A stretch of DNA of 64,000 nt from assembly GCA_963663225.1 (NCBI GenBank), contig OY760142.1, positions 1,280,001 to 1,344,000 of the forward strand, written 5' to 3'. Positions 50,953 to 60,008 of the stretch are shown here, one piece after another (position 1 is the stretch's first letter; every line of letters starts with the position of its first letter). The DNA comes from Nitrospirota bacterium (GTDB taxonomy: Bacteria; Nitrospirota; UBA9217). The notes beneath the pieces were generated by a model that had not been told where the DNA came from, made no database searches, and saw only the letters and a program-made list of their open reading frames with translations. The position numbers were made by a program, and so were the translations under genes.

Positions 50953-52065
50953 ATGCCCTCTTATCCGACATCAGAGCCTTCCCGCGGTTCATTCGCAGGA
51001 GGGCACTCTGCAATGAATTATCTGCCGCGGTTAATTGCCTGGGAAGTGACCAGAAGCTGCCTCCTCAACTGTATTCACTGTAGAGCTGCAGCGCGATACG
51101 GCCCCTACGAAGGAGAACTGACAACGGAGGAATGCTGCCGTTTTCTGGATGATGTCAAGTCGTTCAGCGATCCGATCATGATTCTTACCGGCGGCGAGCC
51201 TATGATGCGCACCGACATTTATGACATTGCTGCGTACGGTTCTCAGCTGGGGCTCCGCATGGTGATGGCTCCCTGCGGTCTGCTCGTGACCGAGGAGCAT
51301 GCCAAAAAAATCAAAAGGTCCGGCATTATGCGGGTATCACTCTCCCTCGACGGATTAACCGCAGAGAGCCACAATGCGTTTCGGCGTGTGGAAGGGGCGT
51401 TTGAAGGCGTGATGCAGGCAATCGAAAACCTCAAAAAGGCCGGCGTGGAATTTCAGATCAATACCACGGTTACAAAGCACAATGTGGGAGATTTGCCGCA
51501 GCTTCTCGAAATGATAGTCAAGCTCGGCGCCGTAGCGTACCATCCATTCCTTCTGGTGCCGACCGGCCGCGGCAAGGCCCTTGCTGATATGGAAGTGTCT
51601 CCTGCCGACTACGAGAAAACACTAAAATGGTTTTATGACATGAGAGACAAGGTGCCGATACAATTCAAACCCACCTGTGCTCCGCATTATTATCGGATCT
51701 TCCGGCAGGAAGAACAGCGCAAGGGCAAAACCGTCACTCCTGCTTCGCACGGGCTTGACGCCATGACCAAAGGCTGCATGGGAGGGCAAAGCTTTGCCTT
51801 CGTATCCCACGTGGGAAAGGTGCAAATTTGCGGCTTTCTCGAGGAAGAGGCCGGCGACATCAAGAGCGAGCCTTTCTCGAAAATATGGAACACGTCGCAA
51901 TTGTTTCGTGAAATGCGGGACCTTGACCGATACCACGGTAAATGCGGCATCTGTGAGTACCGCAGGATTTGCGGCGGCTGCCGTGCGAGGGCTTTTGCCG
52001 TTTCCGGCGATTACCTTGCCGCGGAGCCCTTCTGCACCTATGAACCGAAACGAGTGAAACCATGA
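50953..52065 (+). CDS. ahbD: Radical SAM/SPASM protein, AhbD-like heme b synthase (start may be 51013)
   Basis: RLIAWEVTRSCLLNCIHCRA (CxxxCxxC), FLLVPTGRG, KPTCAPHYYR, SPASM CGICEYRRICGGCRARA. Confidence 0.75.
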   Translation: MPSYPTSEPSRGSFAGGHSAMNYLPRLIAWEVTRSCLLNCIHCRAAARYGPYEGELTTEECCRFLDDVKSFSDPIMILTGGEPMMRTDIYDIAAYGSQLGLRMVMAPCGLLVTEEHAKKIKRSGIMRVSLSLDGLTAESHNAFRRVEGAFEGVMQAIENLKKAGVEFQINTTVTKHNVGDLPQLLEMIVKLGAVAYHPFLLVPTGRGKALADMEVSPADYEKTLKWFYDMRDKVPIQFKPTCAPHYYRIFRQEEQRKGKTVTPASHGLDAMTKGCMGGQSFAFVSHVGKVQICGFLEEEAGDIKSEPFSKIWNTSQLFREMRDLDRYHGKCGICEYRRICGGCRARAFAVSGDYLAAEPFCTYEPKRVKP

Positions 52066-52982
52066 CCGACGAACGATTGAAAACCGGAACAATGAGCACG
52101 ATTCTTGATTTATTTCTAGAAAAGAAGGAGAAGAAAGGCAAGATGGAAGACCAGAATTTGGGACGCATACTTGTTAAACTCGACAAACTGCTTGACCGAT
52201 ATGTTAACGAGGGCTCGGACAAACCCGCGTTTGAGGACTACCAGGCTTTTATCTGGGACGGCACGAAAAAAATCATGAAACCGATCAAACGACCGGTGCA
52301 GATGTGCCAGGAAGACCTTATCGGCATTGAGATGATAAAGCAGGAAGTATTCCGCAACACCCAGCATTTTATCGACGGTAAAAAATCAAACAATGTACTG
52401 CTGTGGGGTGAACGGGGCACCGGAAAATCGTCCTTGCTGAAGTCGCTGCTGACGACGTTTAAAAACACACCGCTTCGCATGATCCAGATTTATAAACACG
52501 ATATTCTCACGCTTCAGGATATATATGATCTTCTGGCCCGAAACGCCTCCTACCGCTTCATTCTTTTTCTCGATGACCTGTCGTTCGAGGAAAACCAGAC
52601 GGACTACAAGCAGATGAAAACAATTATGGACGGCGGTCTCGAGCAAATTCCCTCGAATGTGGTCTTTTACGCCACGTCGAACCGCAAGCACCTTATCCCG
52701 ACCCGTTTTTCGGATAATGACGGCGATATTACGAGACCGTCGGACACCGTGGAAGAAAAGGTTTCCCTGGTGGACCGCTTCGGTCTGCGTTTCGGGTTTT
52801 ATCACTTTTCGCAGGAGACGTACCTTGATATTGTTGCCTCCTATGCGGCAAAGTACGGCGTTTGCATGGAAAAAAGCGAGCTTGAGCAAAAAGCCATTCA
52901 ATGGGCCCTCGGCGCTGGCGGCAGAAATGGACGGATTGCAGAACAGTTCGTCCGGGCCATGCAGGAGGGGGAAGTCCGCTAA
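52062..52982 (+). CDS. DUF815 family AAA+ ATP-binding protein
   Basis: NVLLWGERGTGKSS, FLDDLSFE, YATSNRKHL, EEKVSLVDRFGL. Confidence 0.9.
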   Translation: MTDERLKTGTMSTILDLFLEKKEKKGKMEDQNLGRILVKLDKLLDRYVNEGSDKPAFEDYQAFIWDGTKKIMKPIKRPVQMCQEDLIGIEMIKQEVFRNTQHFIDGKKSNNVLLWGERGTGKSSLLKSLLTTFKNTPLRMIQIYKHDILTLQDIYDLLARNASYRFILFLDDLSFEENQTDYKQMKTIMDGGLEQIPSNVVFYATSNRKHLIPTRFSDNDGDITRPSDTVEEKVSLVDRFGLRFGFYHFSQETYLDIVASYAAKYGVCMEKSELEQKAIQWALGAGGRNGRIAEQFVRAMQEGEVR

Positions 52983-52992
52983 AGAATAGACA

Positions 52993-54828
52993 GTGAAATC
53001 GGCGCTGAAGGAGCGTGTGGTGATAGGGGTTATTCAACGATATCTTTTGACAGTGATCGTGAGTTGCGTTGCCGTCCCCGGCATGCTTATCGCGGCGGCA
53101 ACGGAAGGCCGTGCCGACGTCGTGCTGCAAATCAACTATGATTCCGTCAAGGAGTCGGCAGCACAGTTTATTCGAAATGAAATGAAAAAAACCGATGCGA
53201 TCGGTTTGAGTATCGCGCTGGTGGACAACCAGCGGCTGGTATGGGCGCAGGGATTCGGATACGCCAATATCAGAAAAGACCAGGCTGCGACTCCGGATAC
53301 CGTGTACCGGATCGGCAGCCTTACCAAAATTTTTACTACGCTCGCAGCAATGCAGCTTTCAGAACAGGGAAAGCTGAATATCGATGCACCCATCAAATCA
53401 CTTCTTCCGGAATTTGCAATCCGGACGCGGTTTGAAACAAAAACGCCGATTACCGTTCGCGATCTCATTACCCATCATTCCGGCCTGCCGTCCGACTTCC
53501 AAAAAGGGATGTGGAGCAAAAATCCGGATTCCTTCTCAGCCATTACCAGGCTGATCAAGGACGAGTATGCGGCGTATCCTCCGGGATTTATTTTTTCATA
53601 CTCCAACATAGGTTATGACTTGCTCGGTCTCGTGATTGAGCGTGTAAGCGGACAGGACTACGCCCAGTTCGTCCAGGGTTCGCAGCTGAAGCCGCTGAAT
53701 ATGCGTCATTCCGGTTTCACCCCGCCGGCGGCACTATTGCTGCTGTCTGCCGGTTACTCCAGGGGAAAAGAGATGGATGATCCACCGTTGCGGGATGTTC
53801 CCGCCGCCGGCATGTACTCAACGGTCCTGGACATGAGCCGCTTCATGAAGATGCTGTTCGCAAACGGGGCGCTGGACAACCGGCAAATCATCAAGCCCGG
53901 AACGCTCGCGATGATGTTCAGGCCCCAAAATGAAAATGTCCCGCTGGATTTGGGGCTCCGCGTCGGGCTTGGCTGGATGCTGGGTGGGCTTGGTGAAGTT
54001 GAGATTCTGAATGCAGGCACGGTCGCGCATAAGGTCGGCGCCACCATGATGTTCCGCAGCGCCATGATTGTTCTGCCGAAACACAAGCTGGGCGTGATCG
54101 TGCTTTCAAACTCTTCCACAACGGGGCGGATGGTGAGCAAAGTCGCGGTGCAGGCACTTACCCTTGCGCTCGAAACAAAAACAGGCATCAAGCAGCCTGT
54201 TTCCGAAGCCCCGCAGGAGGCGGATCTTCGGCTGTCTCAGGACGTCCTGCGGACATACGCCGGAAACTATGCATCCATGGTGGGTCTTGCAGAGATAACG
54301 CCAAAGTCTGATCGATTTGATCTCGAAGCCCTGAACAGGACATTTCATCTCATACCGCATAGTAATGGAAAATTTGGAGCAAAATACGCCCTCCTGGGTC
54401 TGTTCCCCTTCAGTCTGGCGGAACTCGATGACTACGAAGTGTCCTACGCAAAGGTGGCAGGACGCGAAATACTCCGGGCAACAACCAAAGGCAGCGATTT
54501 GCTCGTAGCGGAAAAAATTCGGCCCATGCCGATTCCGAAAACATGGCAAATGCGGGCAGGAAACTATCGGATTGAAAATTTGGGAGACGATTTTCCCCTG
54601 CTGAGCAAAATTGCCGTTCGCTTTGAAAAAGATTTGCTCCTTGCAGAATGCAGTCTGCCGTTTTTTTTCAAAAGCACCTTTCGGTTTCCGCTAAAGCCGG
54701 TTTCAGATACCGAAGCTGTGCTGGCTGGATTGGGCGGACGGAGCATGGGGGAGACAATCAGGGTGATTACCGTCAACGGAAAAGAAAAATTGCTGTACTC
54801 CGGATATGTGCTCGGCAGGGAAGAATAG
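52993..54828 (+). CDS. Serine hydrolase, beta-lactamase/PBP (class C-like) family with C-terminal extension; start uncertain
   Basis: GSLTK (SxxK), LITHHSGL, YSN, HKVG. Confidence 0.88.
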   Translation: MKSALKERVVIGVIQRYLLTVIVSCVAVPGMLIAAATEGRADVVLQINYDSVKESAAQFIRNEMKKTDAIGLSIALVDNQRLVWAQGFGYANIRKDQAATPDTVYRIGSLTKIFTTLAAMQLSEQGKLNIDAPIKSLLPEFAIRTRFETKTPITVRDLITHHSGLPSDFQKGMWSKNPDSFSAITRLIKDEYAAYPPGFIFSYSNIGYDLLGLVIERVSGQDYAQFVQGSQLKPLNMRHSGFTPPAALLLLSAGYSRGKEMDDPPLRDVPAAGMYSTVLDMSRFMKMLFANGALDNRQIIKPGTLAMMFRPQNENVPLDLGLRVGLGWMLGGLGEVEILNAGTVAHKVGATMMFRSAMIVLPKHKLGVIVLSNSSTTGRMVSKVAVQALTLALETKTGIKQPVSEAPQEADLRLSQDVLRTYAGNYASMVGLAEITPKSDRFDLEALNRTFHLIPHSNGKFGAKYALLGLFPFSLAELDDYEVSYAKVAGREILRATTKGSDLLVAEKIRPMPIPKTWQMRAGNYRIENLGDDFPLLSKIAVRFEKDLLLAECSLPFFFKSTFRFPLKPVSDTEAVLAGLGGRSMGETIRVITVNGKEKLLYSGYVLGREE

Positions 54829-54876
54829 CAGAACTTCAGAAACCAGTTTTTAACGGCACTACGGAACCGTCTTTCC

Positions 54877-56007
54877 ATGAAAACCGACTTAAAAAGAATT
54901 GCTGCAAATGTATCACGCCTTTCCATGCTTCTGACGCGGGAGCGGAAAAACCTTCCTGCTTCCTATCTCACCGATCCCGGTTTGCGGGAAGCGTACACGG
55001 CGTATTTTCTCTCTACGAACAGGAAAAAGATACACCAGCCTCTGGACGAGCTTTCCCGTCACCCGGACGGATTGCTTGCAAAAAACAAACTGCGCATTCT
55101 TGACATAGGCTGCGGACCCGGCACCGCAGTGTTGGGCGCAATGGAGTTCTTTGCACGAAAAGACAGCATGCCGCAGCTGGAGTTCGTTGCGATTGATCAA
55201 GTGGAGGAAAATCTGAAGGAAGCAAAGGCGCAATTTTCTGAACATCGCGGCGCGCTGCAGGTTCCGGCCTCCTTGAAATCCGTACTCGCAGACGTTATTG
55301 AAGTGGAACATCTGCATGAGAATCGCTTCGACATAATCATTCTCTCGAATGTTCTGAACGAACTGTTTCTGCAAGCCGAGGAAAGGATCCCAAAGCGGAC
55401 AGAGATGCTCAGCAGAATTCTGAACCATCTTCTCCGTGATGACGGCAGCTGCATTGTTATCGAACCCGCCCTGAGGACGACTTCCCGTGAGATGATAGGG
55501 GTGCGGAACGCAATCGCGGACCATGGCTTCTCTGTTTATTCACCCTGCCTTTTCACCGGTGTTTGCCCGGCGCTTGCAATGCAGAAAGACTGGTGCCATG
55601 AAGATATTTCCTGGACAGCGCCTTCGTTTATACAGGAGATTGACAAACGGGCAGGACTTCGCAGAGATTCACTCAAATTTTCCTATTTCGTTCTTAGAAA
55701 CGACGGGCGTTCCCTGCGGGATTGCTACAGCCCGGGTGTATTTCGTGTCGTAAGCGATCCTCTTGTATCAAAAGGGAAACGAGAGTTCTACATTTGCGGA
55801 GAAGGCAGCAGGCGGTTGATTACAAGGCTTGATAAAGACGCTTCAACCGAGAATAAAGCGTTTGAGCGTTTGCAGAGAGGCAGCATAACTTCTTTTAATC
55901 GGTTGGTTGTGGAACATAAACGTTGCAAAGTAGAAAAAGACACGGTGGTGCACAGGATTGACGAACAGGGAGAGGATGCGCCCAGTCGCCCTTTCCTCAA
56001 GGCATGA
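54877..56007 (+). CDS. Rsm22/METTL17-like SAM methyltransferase-fold protein
   Basis: AYTAYF, ILDIGCGPGT, SNVLNE, IEPA, PCLFTGVCP...WCH, KFSY. Confidence 0.8.
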   Translation: MKTDLKRIAANVSRLSMLLTRERKNLPASYLTDPGLREAYTAYFLSTNRKKIHQPLDELSRHPDGLLAKNKLRILDIGCGPGTAVLGAMEFFARKDSMPQLEFVAIDQVEENLKEAKAQFSEHRGALQVPASLKSVLADVIEVEHLHENRFDIIILSNVLNELFLQAEERIPKRTEMLSRILNHLLRDDGSCIVIEPALRTTSREMIGVRNAIADHGFSVYSPCLFTGVCPALAMQKDWCHEDISWTAPSFIQEIDKRAGLRRDSLKFSYFVLRNDGRSLRDCYSPGVFRVVSDPLVSKGKREFYICGEGSRRLITRLDKDASTENKAFERLQRGSITSFNRLVVEHKRCKVEKDTVVHRIDEQGEDAPSRPFLKA

Positions 56008-56035
56008 GAAAATTACTTGCAGGGATCATGAACAA

Positions 56036-56542
56036 ATGAGCAGATACAGGCAACCGCTAAAGCCCGGGTCAAAATACATAACAGCAGAAGGGAAAAAACG
56101 GCTGAGTGATGAGTTTGAATTCCTTTGGAGGAGCAAGCGTCCGGAAGTGACCGCCGCGCTCGCAGCGGCAGCGGCGGAGGGGGACCGCTCAGAGAATGCG
56201 GAGTATATCTACCGTAAAAAACAGCTCCGCGAGATTGACAGCCGCATTCATCACCTGAAAGAACGGTTGGAACATATTGTGGTGGTCGATGGAAAACCGG
56301 ATGACGTGTCCCGCATATTTTTCGGCGCCTGGGTGCGCCTGGAAGATGAGAACGGCAGCATCTTCGATTACCGCATTGTCGGACCGGATGAGTTCGACCC
56401 GGCCAGAGGACTGATCAGCATGGATTCGCCCTTGGCGAGGGCCCTGATGAAAAAATCGGAAGGGGACGAAGTAATCGTGAAGCGGCCCAAAGGTGAAGCC
56501 TGTTTTGTCATCGCACGCGTCCAGTATGAACCGTTTTCATAA
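56036..56542 (+). CDS. greB: Transcription elongation factor GreB
   Basis: YITAEG, RPEVT, GDRSENAEYIYRKKQLREIDSR, ISMDSPLARAL. Confidence 0.93.
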   Translation: MSRYRQPLKPGSKYITAEGKKRLSDEFEFLWRSKRPEVTAALAAAAAEGDRSENAEYIYRKKQLREIDSRIHHLKERLEHIVVVDGKPDDVSRIFFGAWVRLEDENGSIFDYRIVGPDEFDPARGLISMDSPLARALMKKSEGDEVIVKRPKGEACFVIARVQYEPFS

Positions 56543-56589
56543 ACCGGACGGCAAAAGCAGACCGGGTAGCAAAACGGCAGCAGGAGGAA

Positions 56590-57303
56590 TTGTTGAACCT
56601 CATCCTTCTTTTTCCGGATGATTTTAACGGCGATAAAAACCACGTGCGGCTGCAAGGCCGTCGCTTACAACACGTTTTGACAGTGCATCGTGCCTCGGTC
56701 GGAGACAGTCTGTGCGTCGGCAAGGCCGGCGAAAGCATCGGCACCGGAACAATCACTCGTCTCAGCGAAACCGTTCTTGAAATGGCGGTGCAATTTGATC
56801 GGCAACCGCCGTTACCGCTTCCTCTGACCCTTCTGCTGGCACTCCCGAGGCCGAAAGTGTTGAAGCGGGTGCTCCGTTCCGTCAGTGCTCTGGGCGTGAA
56901 GCGGATTGTTCTGCTGAACAGCTTTCGTGTGGAAAAGAGCTACTGGCAGAGTCCGGTGCTGTGCAGGGAGTCCCTGCAAGAAGAATTGGTGGCGGGCCTT
57001 GAACAGGCCAAAGACACGGTGCTTCCTGAAATTCTGCTCCGGCCGTTTTTCAAGCCGTTCGTGGAAGACGAACTGCCCGGTCTTGCTGCCGGAACGCTCG
57101 CCTTTGTGGCCCATCCCACAGCAGTGAGGGATTGTCCGCGCGGCATACAAAAAGCAGCAACACTCGCAATCGGTCCCGAAGGCGGCTTCATACCCTACGA
57201 AATCGAAAAGTTTATACAACAGGGATTTACGCCGGTTCAGACGGGGAACCGGATACTGAATGTTGAGACCGCAGTACCGGCCATTATTTCGCGGTTGTAT
57301 TAA
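56590..57303 (+). CDS. rsmE: 16S rRNA m3U1498 methyltransferase RsmE
   Basis: SPOUT motifs IGPEGGF and RILNVETA. Confidence 0.9.
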   Translation: MLNLILLFPDDFNGDKNHVRLQGRRLQHVLTVHRASVGDSLCVGKAGESIGTGTITRLSETVLEMAVQFDRQPPLPLPLTLLLALPRPKVLKRVLRSVSALGVKRIVLLNSFRVEKSYWQSPVLCRESLQEELVAGLEQAKDTVLPEILLRPFFKPFVEDELPGLAAGTLAFVAHPTAVRDCPRGIQKAATLAIGPEGGFIPYEIEKFIQQGFTPVQTGNRILNVETAVPAIISRLY

Positions 57304-57363
57304 TCAGCGTTCGCAATCAACAGTGCGCATCCCGTGCGCGGGATTTTTAAAGGAGACCAAGCC

Positions 57364-57786
57364 ATGATTCCGGTCAACAGCACGCTCTTTTTGGATGAAA
57401 ACGAAATTCAACTTTCTTATGTCAGAGCATCAGGTCCCGGCGGACAGAACGTAAATAAAGTCGCGACCGCTGCGCAGCTTAGGTTCGATGTGGGGAATTC
57501 CCCGTCCCTGCCGGGTGATGTCCGCACCCGTCTTATCCGGCTGGGAGGAAGGCGCATTACACAGGACGGTGTTCTTATTATCGACGCGCGCCGGTTTCGG
57601 ACTCAGGAGCAGAACCGTGAAGATGCCGTTACCCGGCTTGTTGAGCTGGTGTGCAAGGCTGCGGAAAAACCAAAACCTAGGAAAAAAACCAGACCTTCGA
57701 AAGCAGCGAAAGAAAACAGGATTGAGAGCAAAAAGAAGCGCGGAAGGTTAAAAAGAATGAGAAGCAGGCAGCCGGATATCGACTGA
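57364..57786 (+). CDS. arfB: Alternative ribosome rescue factor ArfB
   Basis: RASGPGGQNVNKV, RTQEQNR, basic C-terminal tail. Confidence 0.93.
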   Translation: MIPVNSTLFLDENEIQLSYVRASGPGGQNVNKVATAAQLRFDVGNSPSLPGDVRTRLIRLGGRRITQDGVLIIDARRFRTQEQNREDAVTRLVELVCKAAEKPKPRKKTRPSKAAKENRIESKKKRGRLKRMRSRQPDID

Positions 57787-57796
57787 CTCCGGAGTT

Positions 57797-58906
57797 CTAA
57801 AACACACTGATCTCGGCTGTTCCATCGGCTCTAAAAACGGCTTTTAATGAATTATGCGTTATCCCCACCGCTTCTGCCCGCACCCGTTGAACCTTTCCCG
57901 TGATGCTTACGTATTGATTCACTTTGCGGTTTAAGGCCTCCGTCAACCGGTCCTTTACCATTGCAATTTTATCGCCGATGAACCATTTTGCCTGGTCCGA
58001 CAAGGTTGCCTGCAAACCGCTGTGCAGCAGCCAGTCCGTGGTCTTGGCAAGAATATTTTTTGTTTCGAATGTATAGTCAAGATTTTGCAGGAACAGTGTT
58101 TCCGCAGATGCATCGTATGCAGGGGTACCGGATAGATACAGCGTCCCTGAGGCAGCTCCTGTGATTTTTACTTCCAGTACCACGGAGTCGCCGGACGCAT
58201 ATATTCTGATCCGATCAATGCGAAAACTTTTTCCACTCGAATGATAGAGCGCGCCGGCCGTTTTCCTCGTAAGCTCTTCGCCGATGAAATTGAATGACAG
58301 TTCGTTGTTTATTGCAATATGAAAACCATCCCGGGACAGCTCTTGCGTCCTGGAAAATTTCGGAGCGGGCTGGGACGAAGATTTTTGTATATCGCCGCTC
58401 ACCAGCGACGGCATGGCGACGAGACCGACCAGAACGGTTGAAGTATCTCTTTTCCGCACGGGACGAGCAACGAGGACCTCCTGAAGGTTCAGCAGCAGCG
58501 AGAGGTCATAATTCAGCCTGACAGGATTCTGCAAGGCGTCCCACGCCCTGGCCACTGCCATGCGCAGATAGATATTATTCAGCAGCTCATCGTCCGACAC
58601 CGCCGGACGGCCGTTGAGAAAATCCTGAAGTTTGCCGGAAATGTTGTTTTCCTGGTTCAATGCATTCAGCGCTCTGTTTCTGGACAACAGGAGATTGAGC
58701 TTGTCGGTAAGTGCGGTCATGGAGACGACAATAGGCACGGTTATTATGGAACGTTCGGCGGGCTGCGTTATCAGTGGTTTTGGAGGGGTCTTGGGCGGCG
58801 GGACCTTGAACGTCGCACACCCGGAGAGTGTTGAGGCCAGGAAAAGAATGGCAACTGCAGCGGCCGACTGCAGGATTTTACACACAGACATGGTTCCAGA
58901 GTTCAT
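57797..58906 (-). CDS. DUF4403-like lipoprotein (start may be 58891)
   Basis: Lipobox LSGC; GTLYLSGTPAYD...LDYTFETKNIL...WL. Confidence 0.65.
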   Translation of the reverse strand: MNSGTMSVCKILQSAAAVAILFLASTLSGCATFKVPPPKTPPKPLITQPAERSIITVPIVVSMTALTDKLNLLLSRNRALNALNQENNISGKLQDFLNGRPAVSDDELLNNIYLRMAVARAWDALQNPVRLNYDLSLLLNLQEVLVARPVRKRDTSTVLVGLVAMPSLVSGDIQKSSSQPAPKFSRTQELSRDGFHIAINNELSFNFIGEELTRKTAGALYHSSGKSFRIDRIRIYASGDSVVLEVKITGAASGTLYLSGTPAYDASAETLFLQNLDYTFETKNILAKTTDWLLHSGLQATLSDQAKWFIGDKIAMVKDRLTEALNRKVNQYVSITGKVQRVRAEAVGITHNSLKAVFRADGTAEISVF

Positions 58907-59017
58907 TATACTATTTTATGCGAATTGGACGAAAGTGTAAATCATTTTTTGCCGCTCTGTACCGTCGCACGGCAGCGACACCACCGGACCGTTTGCTTCC
59001 TTTCAGACACACAATGC

Positions 59018-59890
59018 CTATTGTTTTTTTTCACGTAAGAGTTTATATACAGCGGAAAGATCCTGCTCCCCGAGCCCGCTGCGCACTGCCAGGGCAAACA
59101 GCTCTTTTGCGGCATTCGTTGCAGGCATGGCAACACCGGCTTCATACGCCGTATCTGCAGCCAGCTGCAGGTCCTTGTACATCCACTTGAGATGAAAGTC
59201 CGGGTCAAATGTTTCCGTTTCAATTTTCGTTTTTCTGACAGCCAAAACCGGTGGAAATACTGGAGAGGTAGAGAGAGCATTCAGCAGCATGTCTTTCGGG
59301 ATGCCGAGGGACATGCCGAGGACGACGCTCTCCGAAAAAGCGACCATGGCTTGCGCGACCATGATGTTATTGACGATCTTCATGGCAGACCCCATGCCGC
59401 AGCCGCCCACCGGTACTACTGCCCTGCCCATCGCTTCAAAAAGAGGGCGCGCTGATTCAAGGTCGGTTTTTTCACCGCCGACAAAAAAAAGAAGCTGGCC
59501 CTGTTCCGCAGGGATTTTGGACCCCATGACCGGAGCGTCAAGAAAACGGACGGAACGCTTTTTTGCCTCCGCCGCCATGCGTTTGGTAAAGGACGGGTTC
59601 ACCGTGCTGCAATCGATCCACAAAGCATTTTTACCAAGTCGGTCAAGAAAGCCGTCTTCCTTGTGCAGCGCTGCGTGCTCGATGACGTCGGGTTTTGCGA
59701 GCATGGTGATGACCACTTCAGCCTGTTTAGCCGCCTCCGCGGGAGTGGCAGCCCACGCGGCCCCGCTTGCAATGAGGCCTTCGGCTTTTTTTCTGGTTCT
59801 GTTGTAAAGAACAAGTTCGTGTCCCTTTTTCTGCAGATTCATGGCCATGCGGCTTCCCATGATTCCCAGTCCGAGAAAAGCGATTTTCAT
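59018..59890 (-). CDS. NAD(P)-dependent beta-hydroxyacid dehydrogenase (3-hydroxyisobutyrate dehydrogenase family)
   Basis: IAFLGLGIMG, DCST, FLDAPVMG, MKIVNN, KDL; GGAGG RBS. Confidence 0.9.
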   Translation of the reverse strand: MKIAFLGLGIMGSRMAMNLQKKGHELVLYNRTRKKAEGLIASGAAWAATPAEAAKQAEVVITMLAKPDVIEHAALHKEDGFLDRLGKNALWIDCSTVNPSFTKRMAAEAKKRSVRFLDAPVMGSKIPAEQGQLLFFVGGEKTDLESARPLFEAMGRAVVPVGGCGMGSAMKIVNNIMVAQAMVAFSESVVLGMSLGIPKDMLLNALSTSPVFPPVLAVRKTKIETETFDPDFHLKWMYKDLQLAADTAYEAGVAMPATNAAKELFALAVRSGLGEQDLSAVYKLLREKKQ

Positions 59891-60008
59891 AGTAAAAACC
59901 TCCTCCAAATGTATGGTAATAACTATAGCACAAAAGCCGAATTGGCCGCGCGGGTAAAAAAATGATTTCAGTTGCAATTCCACGGTGCACAGGGTACAGT
60001 GCGGCGAA

